Shown piece by piece: positions 38,063-50,861 of a stretch of 64,000 nucleotides of DNA; position 1 is the stretch's first letter, and each line of letters opens with the position of its first letter. The translations under genes were made by a program, and so were the position numbers. Under the pieces are notes generated by a model, which was not told the origin of the DNA, did no database searches, and saw nothing but the letters and a program-made list of their open reading frames with translations. The DNA comes from Trichosphaerium sp. ATCC 40318. Lineage: Eukaryota > Protista > Tubulinea. The stretch lies in assembly GCA_038496445.1 (NCBI GenBank), contig JALMLS010000179.1, positions 62,001 to 126,000 on the forward strand, written 5' to 3'.

Positions 38063-39614
38063 ATGGCGGAAACATTAGATAATGACAAAGTCCAACGCTT
38101 GTTCTTACATTCAATACTCTTAAGCGATACGAAGAGCAGCACAACGACCAACGCTGATATCAGTTTGCTTGCCATTGACTTTTTAAGCGATATAATAGCT
38201 ACAAAGAGGGATTTGTACTTAATGGAGATAAAACCGGACAGAACAAACGCTGATGACGATATTTTAACTACCAAACTGTTTTTTGAATCATGGTTCTCTT
38301 CAAATGCACCCAGAACGTTTCTCTCTCTTGGTATTTATAGATACTTCGTTAAAGAAGCTATTCAAGTCAGCGTCAACATGTTTAAAAAGGTGTATTGCGC
38401 TCTGGAAAAAAATAAAGAAATTGAGAACTTTTTGGCCTCATGCACATTTTCCAAGGTACCCAAAGCGCCTATATCAACAAAAGTAGATGTAGCAATGTTA
38501 TTGCCACTTGAAAACGAGAATTGGATAACTGTAGGACGGTGTGGTCATTGGAAAGACGCTCGAATCGAAAAAGTATTTAACCAACGTTATGGAAAATCTT
38601 GGAGAAGTGGATACGAATGGGGTCCTTTCTTGATCACGTATCGAGATGGCATACAACTATATGAAGAATCTTACTTCCAAGCCATGACACCAAACGTTCG
38701 TTTTTATCACGTGTTATCCCACTAACAGTCTATTTTTAGAGCGAACTTTTGAAATGGATTGTAAACACGGCGAGTGAATGCTATGATACTGATCCAACAA
38801 ACGTCAAGTCTTTCTGTAATTATACTATTCAAGAAGTACCAGGTGCAGCACAACATTGGCAAGATGTCTCAATCCGTCGTTGTTTAATACGAAGAGGCAC
38901 ATGGTTCAAGGGAGATCATCTTGTTGAGGTAAGAGGAAGGGAATCCGAAGGATATAGGTAAGAAAATTATTTTGAGTTTGCTGCTCACCGGTACCTCCTA
39001 GATTGAACCCTGCTCAAATACCGTTTCACAAACCTGAATTAATAGCCAGACCCAGACAGTTTGGTTGGTGGGCCCAAGATACAGCTGAAGACTTTTCAAT
39101 GTCAAACTTTGTTGTTCAAGTTAAATATGACACTGCTGAGATGTTTTTAACCGAGTCATTTGCTAAACTTGAAGAGAAGGATGACTCAGTACTTGAAGTT
39201 GTATTAGAGCTTTTCTTATACGCTAAGGATCCTTTCATACTTCCTTGGATGAAACGCATGAACAACTTGAATCAAACAACGTTGAAATCACCTCGAATTT
39301 CATTACTTCTTGGTAGAGCTTTGAAGCTTGTTCGCGCCACAGATATAAGCGTTCTTAGCGAGTCAACAGATTTTAAAGAACACTTTCATCTTGGATATCA
39401 TGCAGACGTTGAGAAGAAAATAGACTTGATTGATAGAATGTTGTATTATGATGCTCAAGTCAGAAAAGAAGCATTAAAGTCACTTTCGCAAAATATGGCT
39501 TGTACCTGGACAAGAGAAGAACAAATACTAATATTGGAGTGCTTTGCATTAGATCCAGCACGCAAAACTCGTAATCTAGCTAAGGCACATCTAAAACGAA
39601 TAAAGGCACAATAA
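38063..39614 (+). CDS. Hypothetical protein (3 exons, helical C-terminus)
   Basis: ORFs of 220, 70 and 203 aa linked by short introns. Confidence 0.55.
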
Positions 39615-40562
39615 GAAAAATTTAAGAACCAATTCGAAAGTGGTATTTGATTTCTTGCTTTTTTGATCTTTATCTCGGCTTTGAAATAACGCAATTTTGC
39701 TCTAAGCTACTTTTTTGATCCTGGACGATTTGTAACAAGCACGTTTTCTGCTATTACCATCACAATCTAAGTCATACACGTTACAAGATAGCTTGCAGCC
39801 TCTCAGCGTGTTACCCGTGTCCATAGCCCGTGTCTAGAGATTAGATTTAGCGCTACCAAACAAGACCGTTATTTATGTCAAACGCATTCGTATCTCAAAT
39901 AGTTTACCACTAATTATTTAAGCTGGCATAATAAGTGCCAGTCCTAACTTCACCAATTTGTACACATGGAGAAAAGTACCGTGATAATTCGATTGTCCGT
40001 TTTTATGCGTATGTTTGGCTTATATTTGTTGTACTATGCATCCAAGTTCGCTGTGTTCTTAATTGTTGACTTTTCTAGTGCTGCTACCAACTAATCTGAC
40101 TTTTGATCTTTTTTTTGAAATGGGGCTGAGTCGCGGGATAAACCGTGAAGGTCGGGTCTTTGTCCCGAGCAAAGCAATGTCCCCACCAAAACGAAAAGGG
40201 CTCTACATTTACCGGCATTCGCTATCATTTCCTTGCATTTTGAAGACATCCATGTGCGTGGATTTTCGTACATATTTTATCGAAAATGTGTTGTCTGCTA
40301 GCGAACGGGTTGACCATCACGAAAAACCACGAAGCTTGTACGTAGTTAAGAAGTGTTCCTACTGATGAGGGAATATCCTACCTTTACTAACGGTTTCTTT
40401 ATTTAGTATCATAAAAACTCACAGAACAAACAAGATATATAGCTGAAAGAACGTTTCTGGGAACGTTTCACTGCATGTGAGTCACGAAAAAATTTGGAAC
40501 TTCTGTTTATTTGCTTTGTCACGTTATATTTAAAACAACTGCCTTATTTCAAAAAAAACGGA

Positions 40563-41464
40563 CAAACCAAAGACAATGGCAAGAACTCCAAACTGTAAAC
40601 TCGTTAGAATACTAACCCTATCTATTTAGAACGCTCAAATAAACGACGACATTATTGTACTGACAGACCCAACTTCTGGCTTAGATTTTGGTATCCCTGA
40701 AAGCCTCTATAAGCTTGTAGTCGCCATAGGTATTGCTTAAACTTCCCCAAACGTAAACTAACCAATCCCCAGAAACCCAAAAGAAGATAAACATATCAGA
40801 ATCAAAGATAACAAAGAACGTTGATCTGTGGAGAGCACGTGCGACTGTGAGCGAATCCAAAAGACATCAACTTGAAGAAACTATCGTATCATATCAAAAA
40901 ACGATATCTGAACAACAGGTAAATAATCACATTTCGTTACACTAAATTCTATTCGACTTACAAAGATCCTCACCTTAGTATTATTTTTAGAAAACGATAC
41001 GCATGTTAAAAAACTCTCTGGTATTATTGAAAGATCGTATGAGACATCCTACACCCACTCACCGCCAAATCAAAGCGCCAAAGTTCTGTACAAATTTGAA
41101 CTTGAAACGAAAAAAACCAACTCCACCAGAATCTGACATCCAAAAGAATAGTGACATCAAAGCACATATACACAGACGCAAACGTGCACGTCTATCACGG
41201 TCAGGTGTTGTAAAACCACAACCACTTTTTATCCCTGGAAAGGTTGAAGCAGAAGCGAAGAGTGGTTCAAACTCTTTTTTTTCAATACTCGACAGTCAAC
41301 TACATACAACTACAACAATAGAATCATATCCTATACACATCACTGCATCAAGGACAACTATATCACATCCTAGACATACCACTGTATCTCTAAATACAAC
41401 ACCAATCAGCATAGATCAACTGACACAACGAAATGACTTTGACGTCCTCAGAATATCGTCATAA
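40563..41464 (+). CDS. Hypothetical coiled-coil protein, duplicate copy A (5' end unresolved)
   Basis: Spliced frame QWQELQT-NAQINDD...-KTIRMLKNSL...RISS*. Confidence 0.5.
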
Positions 41465-41952
41465 TGAAAAAGAAAGCTGCTGTAAAAATCCTTATTTATT
41501 GTTCATAAAAATAGCTTCCTTCTTCTTTTACTTAGTTTCCCTGTTACTTGGTCTTAATACTTACGAATTGTATTGCTGCGAATATAGCCATCGCTTTGAT
41601 TTTTGACTAAAAACTAAGATATACGCCATTTCCAACAAAATGATGGATATATCTTTAGAACTTCACATTTTAAGAAATATCTTCAGAATTTCTTGCTGAT
41701 ATATTAGGACCGTTCAGAAAGGCGAAACGGGTCGGATTTATGGAATAACATATTTCTAGGTCTATCATTCAGAGTAGCTTATCAAGTGCCACAGCTATGG
41801 TTATTTAAGTCATTATTATGGTTTAAAACTGCAGTAAGAAAATTATAAGAATTTTGATTATAAGTCAGCTAATTGAACGTTTTCTTTCCAAAAGTTTTCA
41901 TTTATTTACATTTTGAATAATAAATCATTCATTAATAATCCACTATACAGCG

Positions 41953-43415
41953 TTACTTTACCTCCTAAACAAATCAATAACCAACAAACAACAAACTCAA
42001 TAATTTGTTATCACATACCAGTATCGGTTGTGCGTTAAAGTTGAGTGGTACCGCATCGCTAGATGCATCTTTCTCTTCAATACGTTGTCGCTTCAGTTGA
42101 TTAACACGATCCCAATCAATATCAGCGATAACTACGACATCAAAGAATATACTAGGTGGGCTCGGCGTTACTGCCACGCTCTTCTTTCTTATCTTCTTGT
42201 TCCTCTTTCGCTTCTTCGAAACTCCACGGTTATAATCTAGGCGTGATAGATTAGAAGAATTGTAAGAAGTCTACTATAGTCGAATAGCAGAAAAGAAATC
42301 AAAAAGAAAACTAGTGTTTTCTTACTCTTGATTGGCATCTTTGTTTGCTTGTATGACCTGGGTAGCCTTCCTCGGGCATGATCCCCTCTCCAGACATCAT
42401 AACGCTCTGATCCCTTCCAGTAGAAGTAAAATTCAATACACTGCCTCCTCGTCTTTGATTCTACCTATAAAAGCGATTAAAAATATGTACTACGCATATA
42501 ACGGATCAACAAGGCCATAAGCAATCCGCGTAAACGCGGATTACGTAAACTTAGAAGTTAGAAAACTATTGACTTTCGAAAAACCTAGCAAAGTGTTTTT
42601 TCTTCGCACCATTTTTTGTATCCTGCTGAATTTCTTGTAGTACTTAAACATGCCCAATTCGAATATAGCAATCTCCTTTACTGTCCATATAGATACCTGT
42701 GGTCTATGTGGGTGCCAGGTGAGTCCTTTCGCCTTCATTTCTGTCGCAGCAGAGTCTCCGTCGTAGTTGTGTCGTGCGAACAGCTCTAAGGCTTGCTCTT
42801 TTGTGAGTACCTTGTCCTTATCTATGTTTTCAAGTTCAGGTCGTATATCATCATAGTAATCAATATTAAAGAGAGTAGAAGCCTGAAGAAGCTAGTTAAC
42901 ACAAAAAAAGTTCATTTGAAAACGATTAAAAAAATTAAGAAAAAAACTCTTCGTCTCGTTCTTGGTCACGTGAAAAGAAAGTTTAAAGGGTATCAGTTTT
43001 GGTACTAAGATAATAACATGTCACCTACAACTTTAGGAAGTTGAGACGATGTTCATCTTTATACAATCGAAAAACGATAAAAAAAAGAAAATAAAGTCAT
43101 TGCATACATTTAATAGTTCGTGTCGTGTTTTCTTCAAAAAAGCCTTTGGTGCTTCCTTGTCTGTACTTGTAGGGTTCCATACAAGTGTACCCTTTAACCT
43201 ACTCTCTGCTTCTTTATCTTTTGTCATATCTACTTCATCTAGGTTCACTTGGTACTCTGAACCGACAGGTGTATGTTTATCTTTAAAAGGATCTGTGTCT
43301 TCTATAATTAAAAAAAGATGAGTTCGTGGTTCGTAATGTAATTGCATCCTTTGCGGCGTTGCTTATTCACGTGCGTACCTGAGTCACTACTCTGTGATGA
43401 ACGACGTCTGGACAT
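41953..43415 (-). CDS. ELM2-SANT chromatin protein (MIER/RCOR-like)
   Basis: VGSEYQ...LVWNP (ELM2), QALELF, WTVKEIAIFELGMFKYYKKFSRIQKM (SANT). Confidence 0.8.
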
Positions 43416-43989
43416 TGTCGTTGCAAATGAACCACTAAACGATATTTTAGATTGGAAAGAAGTTGTTATTGAAAAGTGATTTGTTTTGGTGGTGTTGTAG
43501 TGGTAAAAAGTGATGATTTTTGTCTTTAGTAGAGATCCCGCACAGATCAACCAAAGTTACATAAAACACGCGGAAAGAGGGGTAATGATTCAAATTAATG
43601 ACGTGTGGCTTTTTTCTAAGGTTTGCTAGGCGTACAAGGTAAAGAGTAAGTATTCTTCGTAGTTGTACTATGAAAACACCGTATAAGGTGTAAAAATAGT
43701 AAAGGTGGTAAGTGGTTGTTGTCCCTTGCTACTTTATGCTTGCTACTTGGTTTGCGTGCTCAAAAACTGGCTTAACTGCGCTTTTTTAATAAGTCAAGTT
43801 TAGTTTCACCACGTGGTGGCTATCCTTTAACCCTACAATCGCAGGATTTTACGTCAAGGTTCTATGGAATTACTTCGAAACGGGAGAATCAAAAAGTGTA
43901 AAAATTGTACACAACTAGTTGTCTGAGAGGTTCATTTAATTCCAAAAAATAGAATTGACAATTTGGAACGTCGAAAAGTGAGTTCTTAG

Positions 43990-45090
43990 ATTTTGTGAGA
44001 TAACAGACTAAGGTACAAAATATCTGGGCAGCCTTCATACCCTCGACATTAGTTGCGCTTTAGCAACAGGTGACACGTTGAAGCACTTACTGGTGTTCAC
44101 CTGAAAACCGTCACTGGCACATTTGGCAAAAAGCACCCAAGAGGCAGCCGGTCGCAATATCTTAAACGGCTAACCGGCTATAGCCGTATAGCTACCACCT
44201 CTAGCCGTTTACCAACCAGTGAAACGAAGCCAAACCCTACGGAAACCGTTTCTATAGTATAGTATGGGATAGTTGATTAATACTTAGGTTTTCACAGTTT
44301 TTAATCCCATATTTTTGTTCATCATTTTGACTATCGCCACTTGTTAGTGAGGTGCAATAATACATATTTAGAAGAGTACTTTGTGATGGCGTTTGAGATT
44401 AACAAGAACTTTCTTCACTCTGTTGTGTGTGTAGACAGCACGTGTTTATTTGTATAACGCGTAATTCCACAACAGTCAAACTGAAAAGACTTGCCTTCAT
44501 CAAAATCTGTAGCTCAAGCTGAAGGCGAAATAATGACAAGTAGGCTCGACATATTTGATGCTCAAGCACTAAGATTCAAGCAATAATTTGCAATAAAGAA
44601 CCTTGCTTTGCGGCCATTGTTAGCTACTAGAAGAGCAGTATTTCTCCAATGGTTGTTAACCTAAGAAGAGTACATTTAGGAGCTGAATACCAAATTATTG
44701 ACTAGGAATGTTCGGCACGTGCTACTAAGTAATGTTCACGGCATTGCCCTACCTTCTAGCGTAGGAGATGAAGGTATAAAAGCACTGGCAGCGTCCATAG
44801 CATTGACCTCAGTGATTGTAAAAATATAACAGATGACGGTGTCAAATCACTTGGTAACGTTCATACCCTTGATTTCAGCGTAACTTCAGTGACAGATGAA
44901 GGTATAAAAGCACTTGGAAGAGTTCATACCGTTGTTCTTAGATTTTGAAATGATACCAGACGTAGGTATAAATATCTGGGCGGTGTTCATACTTGACATT
45001 GGTTACACTTTGATTGTGTTGAAGCGCTTACTGGCGCTCACGCTATAAACGTATATGAGTCTTCTGTTACGAACGAGGGCGTTACAACTA
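43990..45090 (+). pseudogene. Degraded LRR-repeat gene(s)
   Basis: ITDDGVKSLGNVHTLDFS, VTDEGIKALGRVHTV, KYLGSLHTLDIS, interrupted by stops and frameshifts. Confidence 0.75.
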
Positions 45091-46325
45091 TCTTTATGTC
45101 AATATTAGTTATCTGGATGATATTATTAAACACCTCACTTCTTACCTTGGTAGAGTGTTACCAGTTTTAACTTAACCTTTATTATCTTAACTCAACACAG
45201 CTTGTAAAACGACTTGACTTTACACCACATGTAGATATTCTTTGTCATAATGTGAAGATCGGCATTTCCTATACAATCGTGACTAATGTGGGCTCTCACG
45301 GTTTTGTAGAAACTTCTTTCTTTGTCGTTCTCGTTTGACACCCTTTTACCATCTTTGCATTCCGTTTAAACATGTAGTCGTTAGCCTGTAGAAGGTGATG
45401 GTCAGTACGTGTGAAACAGAGAAATCGTTGCTGGGATGGACATTTCGTAAGAAAAGCAATATCCCTCTACTATGATGTGTTCAGCATTGCAGTATTTATA
45501 CAATAGTAGCTCAATTTAGTTCAGCTGTACCCGTCATTACAAAGTAAAGTTCTTTTATGATGGTCAATAACAAAATACCTGTAGAGTTATTACACTCAGC
45601 TCTACGGCATCAATGGTATAGGTGGTGGGTGATCATGCAGTCAATGTCTTCGTTCACGTCCATAATAGAGGATTGAGATTACTTTCTTTTTTGTGTTACA
45701 CAATAAGTGCTTGTGGTTTGTTCAGTGTATCAACCATGCAAGTCACAAGGATAGACGAAACATTTGGGGTTTGTGAAACTTGCAACTTGCAAAACACAAT
45801 TTGCTGAAGAAAAAACAAAACAAAATACTAATCACGTGAAACCTTTCAAAAAGCAATTATTCGCTTTTATTATTTTCAAAAACTATGGTACTCACTTGCT
45901 GCTTGCTTACTAGATTCACATTTTTAACGAACTGCCATTCAAGAAAACTTCGCACCTCGGAGAAAATTACAGTTCTCATGAGACACTGGTACTAAATTTT
46001 GAAAGAACTTGTTCGCCTGCTATGTCGTTAGTTAGAGATTAAAATAGGTGATATCTGTTCAGAAAAAATTTAGTGAAATCATGACCAAGTACAAACAGTC
46101 GGTTGAAACGTCTTAAACGATTGTACTTTGCTTTAAAGGCACTGTAGACAACCCATACAACTGAAAGAATGGCTACATAAATTGCTCGTTACAATAACAA
46201 AACAAACAAATAAGAAAGAACCGGTCTGGGGTTGTACAGCTTCAGGATATGTGAGTCACTAACCATCCACTGTGGAAGTTCCTTTTGATATAGTTCGTCG
46301 CGTGTCCCGTGATTCAAAATAACAT

Positions 46326-47252
46326 ACAAACCAAGACAATGGCAAGAACTCCAAGCTGTAAACTCGTTACAATGCTAACTCTATTTAGAACGCTCAAATA
46401 AACGACGACATTATTGTACTGACAGACCCAACTTCAGGTTTAGATTTTGATATCCCTGAGAGCCTTTACAAGCTTGTAGTTAAAATAGGTATTACTTTAA
46501 AAGCCCAAAACGTAACGAGACAAAGCTAACCAATCCCCAGAAACCCAAAAGAACATAACCATATCAGAAAAACAATACAGCAAACATGAAGTATCAAAGA
46601 TAACAAAGAACGTTGATCTATGGAGAGCACGTGCGACTGTGAGCGAATCCAAAAGACATCAACTTGAAGAAAATATTGTATCATATCAAAAAACGATATC
46701 TGAACAGCAGGTAAGTAATCACATGTTCTTCACGTGACATAAACTTCTTTTACTTGAAAAAAAAAAAAACTCAAAAGATCCTCACCTTATTTTTTGTTTT
46801 AGAAAACCATACGCATGTTAAGAAACTCTCTGGTATTATTGAAAGATCGTATGAGACATCCTACACAATGTTCACCACTTCATCACCAACAAATCAAAGC
46901 GCCAAAGTTCTGTACAAACTTGAACTTGAAACGAAAAAAACCAACTCCACCAAAGTCGTCTGACATCCAACAAAATAGTGACATCAAGGCGCATATACAC
47001 AGACGGAAACGTGCACGTCTATCACGGTCAGGTGTTGTAAAACCACAACCACTTTTTATCCCAGGAAAGGTTGAAGCAGAAGCAAAGAGCGATTCGAACT
47101 CTTCTTTCTCAATACTCGACAGTCAACTACATACAACTACAACAATAGAATCATACCCTAGACACATCACTTTATCTCCGAGGGCAATACCAATCAGCAT
47201 AGATCAACTGACACAACGAAATGACTTTGACGTCCTCAGAATATCGTCATAA
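46326..47252 (+). CDS. Hypothetical coiled-coil protein, duplicate copy B
   Basis: Near-identical to 40563-41464, including intron positions and 3' UTR. Confidence 0.5.
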
Positions 47253-47350
47253 TGAAAAAGAAAGCTGCTGTAAAAATCCTTATTTATTGTACATAAAAAT
47301 AGTTTGCTTCTTCTTTTACTTAGTTTACTAACTATTGTTGTTACTTTTAT

Positions 47351-48839
47351 TCAGTTCTTTATGAATTGTATTGTAACATATCCGTGACTTTTATTATCAA
47401 CCAAACACTTTGATACATCGCTTCCATCATTCCTAATAAATGAGCCTCCTCCGCCTCCACCTCCAATCTTGCTATAGCAGCTTTCGCAACGACCACCTCC
47501 ACTATAACCTGAACCAGCTTGTTGAGCTCCACCAAACCCTAGAATACCTTTACCATCCTTAATGTTTCTCCATCCTAACCCTTGGCCGGCTGCATAAGTC
47601 TGTTTCATTTGATGGCCATAACCATCTTCACCATTAGTCCCAGCACATCTAAAGAAAATTGTTACAAAAAAAAAAGCAGAAACGAAAAGAGAGTTTAACT
47701 TGTAACTTACTTTGCTGTACAATCCCCATTATTAGCATTAGGTGTAAGCGAAGCATTGAAACCAACAAATATATGCCCACAGCCACCTCCACCAGCTACA
47801 ATAAGAGGATCTCTTGTATGATACTTTCTTTGATTATTTAAGAAAACAAAACTACCATTTCCTCCATAGTTGCTCCCATTATGGGGCCATATTTGACCAA
47901 CAATAAGTTCTAAAGCATCTTTCTTATGTAACTTAAAAGTTGCCTTCATTTGAGCCGCTAACCCACCTACAAAAGCACAAAGTTATTCAAAGAAAAAAAA
48001 ACGGTTTCCACTATGTTGTTTCTTAATTAATTCTCGTTTGACAAAGCTAGTACCTTTACCGCCTCCATAGTCCTTTCCACTACAACCTGTAACCGCTATC
48101 ATATAGTGACCATCAGCGGGTACTTCAAACCTTAAATAAAGGTAAGCAAATCCAATTATATCTTTCTTTAGTCGCACCACTCTATAGCACCAGTGTACTT
48201 AAACACCCTTGGTTTGTCTTTAAGCGCTGTAACCTTTTGGATGCAGATCTGCTTCTCTTCAAGTTGTACAGCACAAAACCCGGCATATAGATCTTCTAGA
48301 GCTTTAATACGCTTAAGAACACCTTCTGAACCGTTTGGTTGAAGTGTAACACCCTGGAGGGCGTCGAGACGTGTACTCATGTCTTCTATACGTTGATTTG
48401 CGATACTTAGACTCAGTTTGAGGCTTGCTATTTCAGCGTGCGTACAATCCTTTACATGCTCCAGTAAATCCATCTTAGTTCCTTTGAAACCGCATTTACG
48501 GCCGATACATTTACGCTCGGCGTAGTCGCACTCTTCGGTATGCTTCTCCCAGTCGCAGAAGTTCATTTGTTTTGCGCATTGTGGTATTATACAAATGATT
48601 TGGCACTTGTCGACATCTGTGTTTATTTCTGCGCTGTAAGAAAAGGGTTTCTTGTGTTTTAGGCATTGATTGTTTTCTGGGAGGCAATTTTTGCATAGAA
48701 TACAAGGAAACCTGTTCCTCTGGCACGCGTGAGCGTTTAACGCCAGTTTGTTACAACCAAGACATTTCAGTTCCTCCGCTTCGTCGTCATCAAGGAACTG
48801 GTAAGGATCACCAGACGTACTAGTACTAGTTTCACACAT
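47351..48839 (-). CDS. TRAF-type zinc finger + coiled coil + ALK/LTK-like glycine-rich domain protein
   Basis: RING-like CLGC...C...CKNC...C; TRAF ZnF HTEECDYAERKC...CGFKG...HVKDC; C-terminal FKYTG...FEVP..G.Y, LELIVGQ, IVAGGGG, GYSGG, GGGGGSF, HGYVTI. Confidence 0.75.
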
Positions 48840-49446
48840 GCTATTTCTATTTATATAAACCGCTTGAGATGCGTTTGTTGTTGTGGTTGAATTAGTGTTG
48901 ACTTTTGAAGGAACTAGAGATTAATGAAGCGGTTTCGACTTTGTAGCGACTTATTTGTAAAAAGTACAGAACCACAACGAACCATTTAATGTTTACCAAC
49001 TTGCTAAAATAAAGGATTGCGATAAATGAATAAAGGAAGTGTACTCTGAGGTAGCAACCGAAATAATAATAAAAAATTTCTCCGTAAATGTAATTCAATC
49101 AATCAGTTGTAAAAGTACGTTTTTCAAATACAGAGTAAAGAAGGAACTGAGTTCGTTTCATGGGGTTTTTTTTTTGCATTTAACATTGTCTCACACAATG
49201 GTGACTCAGTTTTTTGGGAAAATACAGCATATGTGAGTTTGCTTGTTATTCGCAGTTTGAGAATAAAATCTGAATTTTTGACTAAAGCACTTAGTGTTTT
49301 TTAATTGTAGAGTTTCTATGGGCAACGGAATCAACAGTGACAACATAATCACCATCTGGATTGTTGCCCCCGATCGTTATCTGAGCTAGACAAAGATAAA
49401 CGGCTACTGCAAACACAATCTCACAATACGTTGGTATCGTAAATAT

Positions 49447-50428
49447 TTATTGTGCAACCTTGTATTTATGTGCAAATCTATTAGTACTTTTGTTTGGATT
49501 AGTCCATGCCTGAGATTTTAGCTTATCTTTTTTATCCGTAAAAATATCAGACTTGTCCACTAGCTCGAACCCAGCTTCTGTTATTTCTTTCTCAACAAGA
49601 TCTTCATCAATCCGATGTAACCCTCTGTTACTTCCACTGTACTTACTCCCTGACCCTAAGTTGACGTCAAACACTACTACTATAAACCCAAGCAATAAGT
49701 TACCTTTAGGGGCTCTATGGTCGACCATAATGAAAACGCCTGTGTCAGGATTTAGCGCTTTCTTAACAGAAGATAGCATTTTTTTTCTATCAACATCCAT
49801 ATCAAACAAATCGTGATAATTATCATACATTAACACTAAGTCATATCCACCTCGTTTAATATTTGTAGCTGGTTTAGCATATGGTTTACTAAACGAAGAC
49901 CAGTAATACACAAGTTGTTTAGGGTTTTGTAAGTCCGATTCCAACGCTTGAACTTTTGCCAGTCCGTAACTTTTAAAGAAACCTTTCCATTCTGAAGCTT
50001 GGTGAGCGTATACTTTTTCTCCTGTCACGTGCGCAATCAAAGCACTCCAATAGTAGAATCCAGAACTATAAGGTTCGAAGTGAGTATTACAATATGTTAC
50101 GTGCAACTAAAAGACACCTTATGTCTAAGACTTGATCTCCTTTTTTAACTCCAACCCATTTCAGAAATTCGATTGGTTTTCGAAAGGTATCTCGGTTCTT
50201 GTCGCCTTTTGATCTGAATAACATTGTAAGAGATTAAAATATATCTGAAACGCTTTATAAGACAATAGTGGATGCCTATCGTACCTCTGTGGATCATCTA
50301 AGGCTTTCTGAACTTTGTCGACTAACAATACATAAGCAACAAAAAACAAGTAAATGACGTTGTAAACGTTTCCAAGAGGAGTAAACTAAAAACAATATCC
50401 AAAGGACCTTACAACTTGCGGATGACAT
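49447..50428 (-). CDS. SAM-dependent methyltransferase (bacterial COG4798-like)
   Basis: ALDDPQRS.GD..RD..RKPIEFL..VGVKKGDQVLDI, DLVLMYDNYHD, ALNP..GVFIMVDH, LHRID...EITEAGFELV. Confidence 0.8.
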
Positions 50429-50861
50429 TATGAGGTGTTGTTGCGTTGGTTGTTTCTCTCTTTTAGACTCTGTTTTCCGCGGGAACGGAACTCCTTCGGA
50501 CTTGCCATTCTCTGAAAAACAGACATATAAACCAAAAGATTGCCGCAATTTTATCCGCAGCTGTTGTCGCTATTACAAACGAAAAGTTCAGAAAACATGC
50601 TACTATTGTGTACATTTTCTCTAGTGCAATCATATGACGCAAAAGACTACGTAAAAAGTCTAAAACGACAAAATCTGTTTGCTGGTTGTTATTTTTTTTT
50701 TATTTATTTCATTTCAATTTGAGTCACACATTGTTTTCTTCTTTTGGTGCACCTCATATTCTTCTTCACAAATACATTAAAAGTACAAGATTTTCCCCAT
50801 TCCTTTCGTTACCGGTTAGGTTTTTTTTTTCAAATTTCTGAAAAAAAAAAATGAAGGAAAA

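Noticed and set aside
40122-40185. GC-rich potential three-helix junction
   Set aside because: Only 5-bp stems, with no ribozyme core or Pol III signals; could be a coding remnant.
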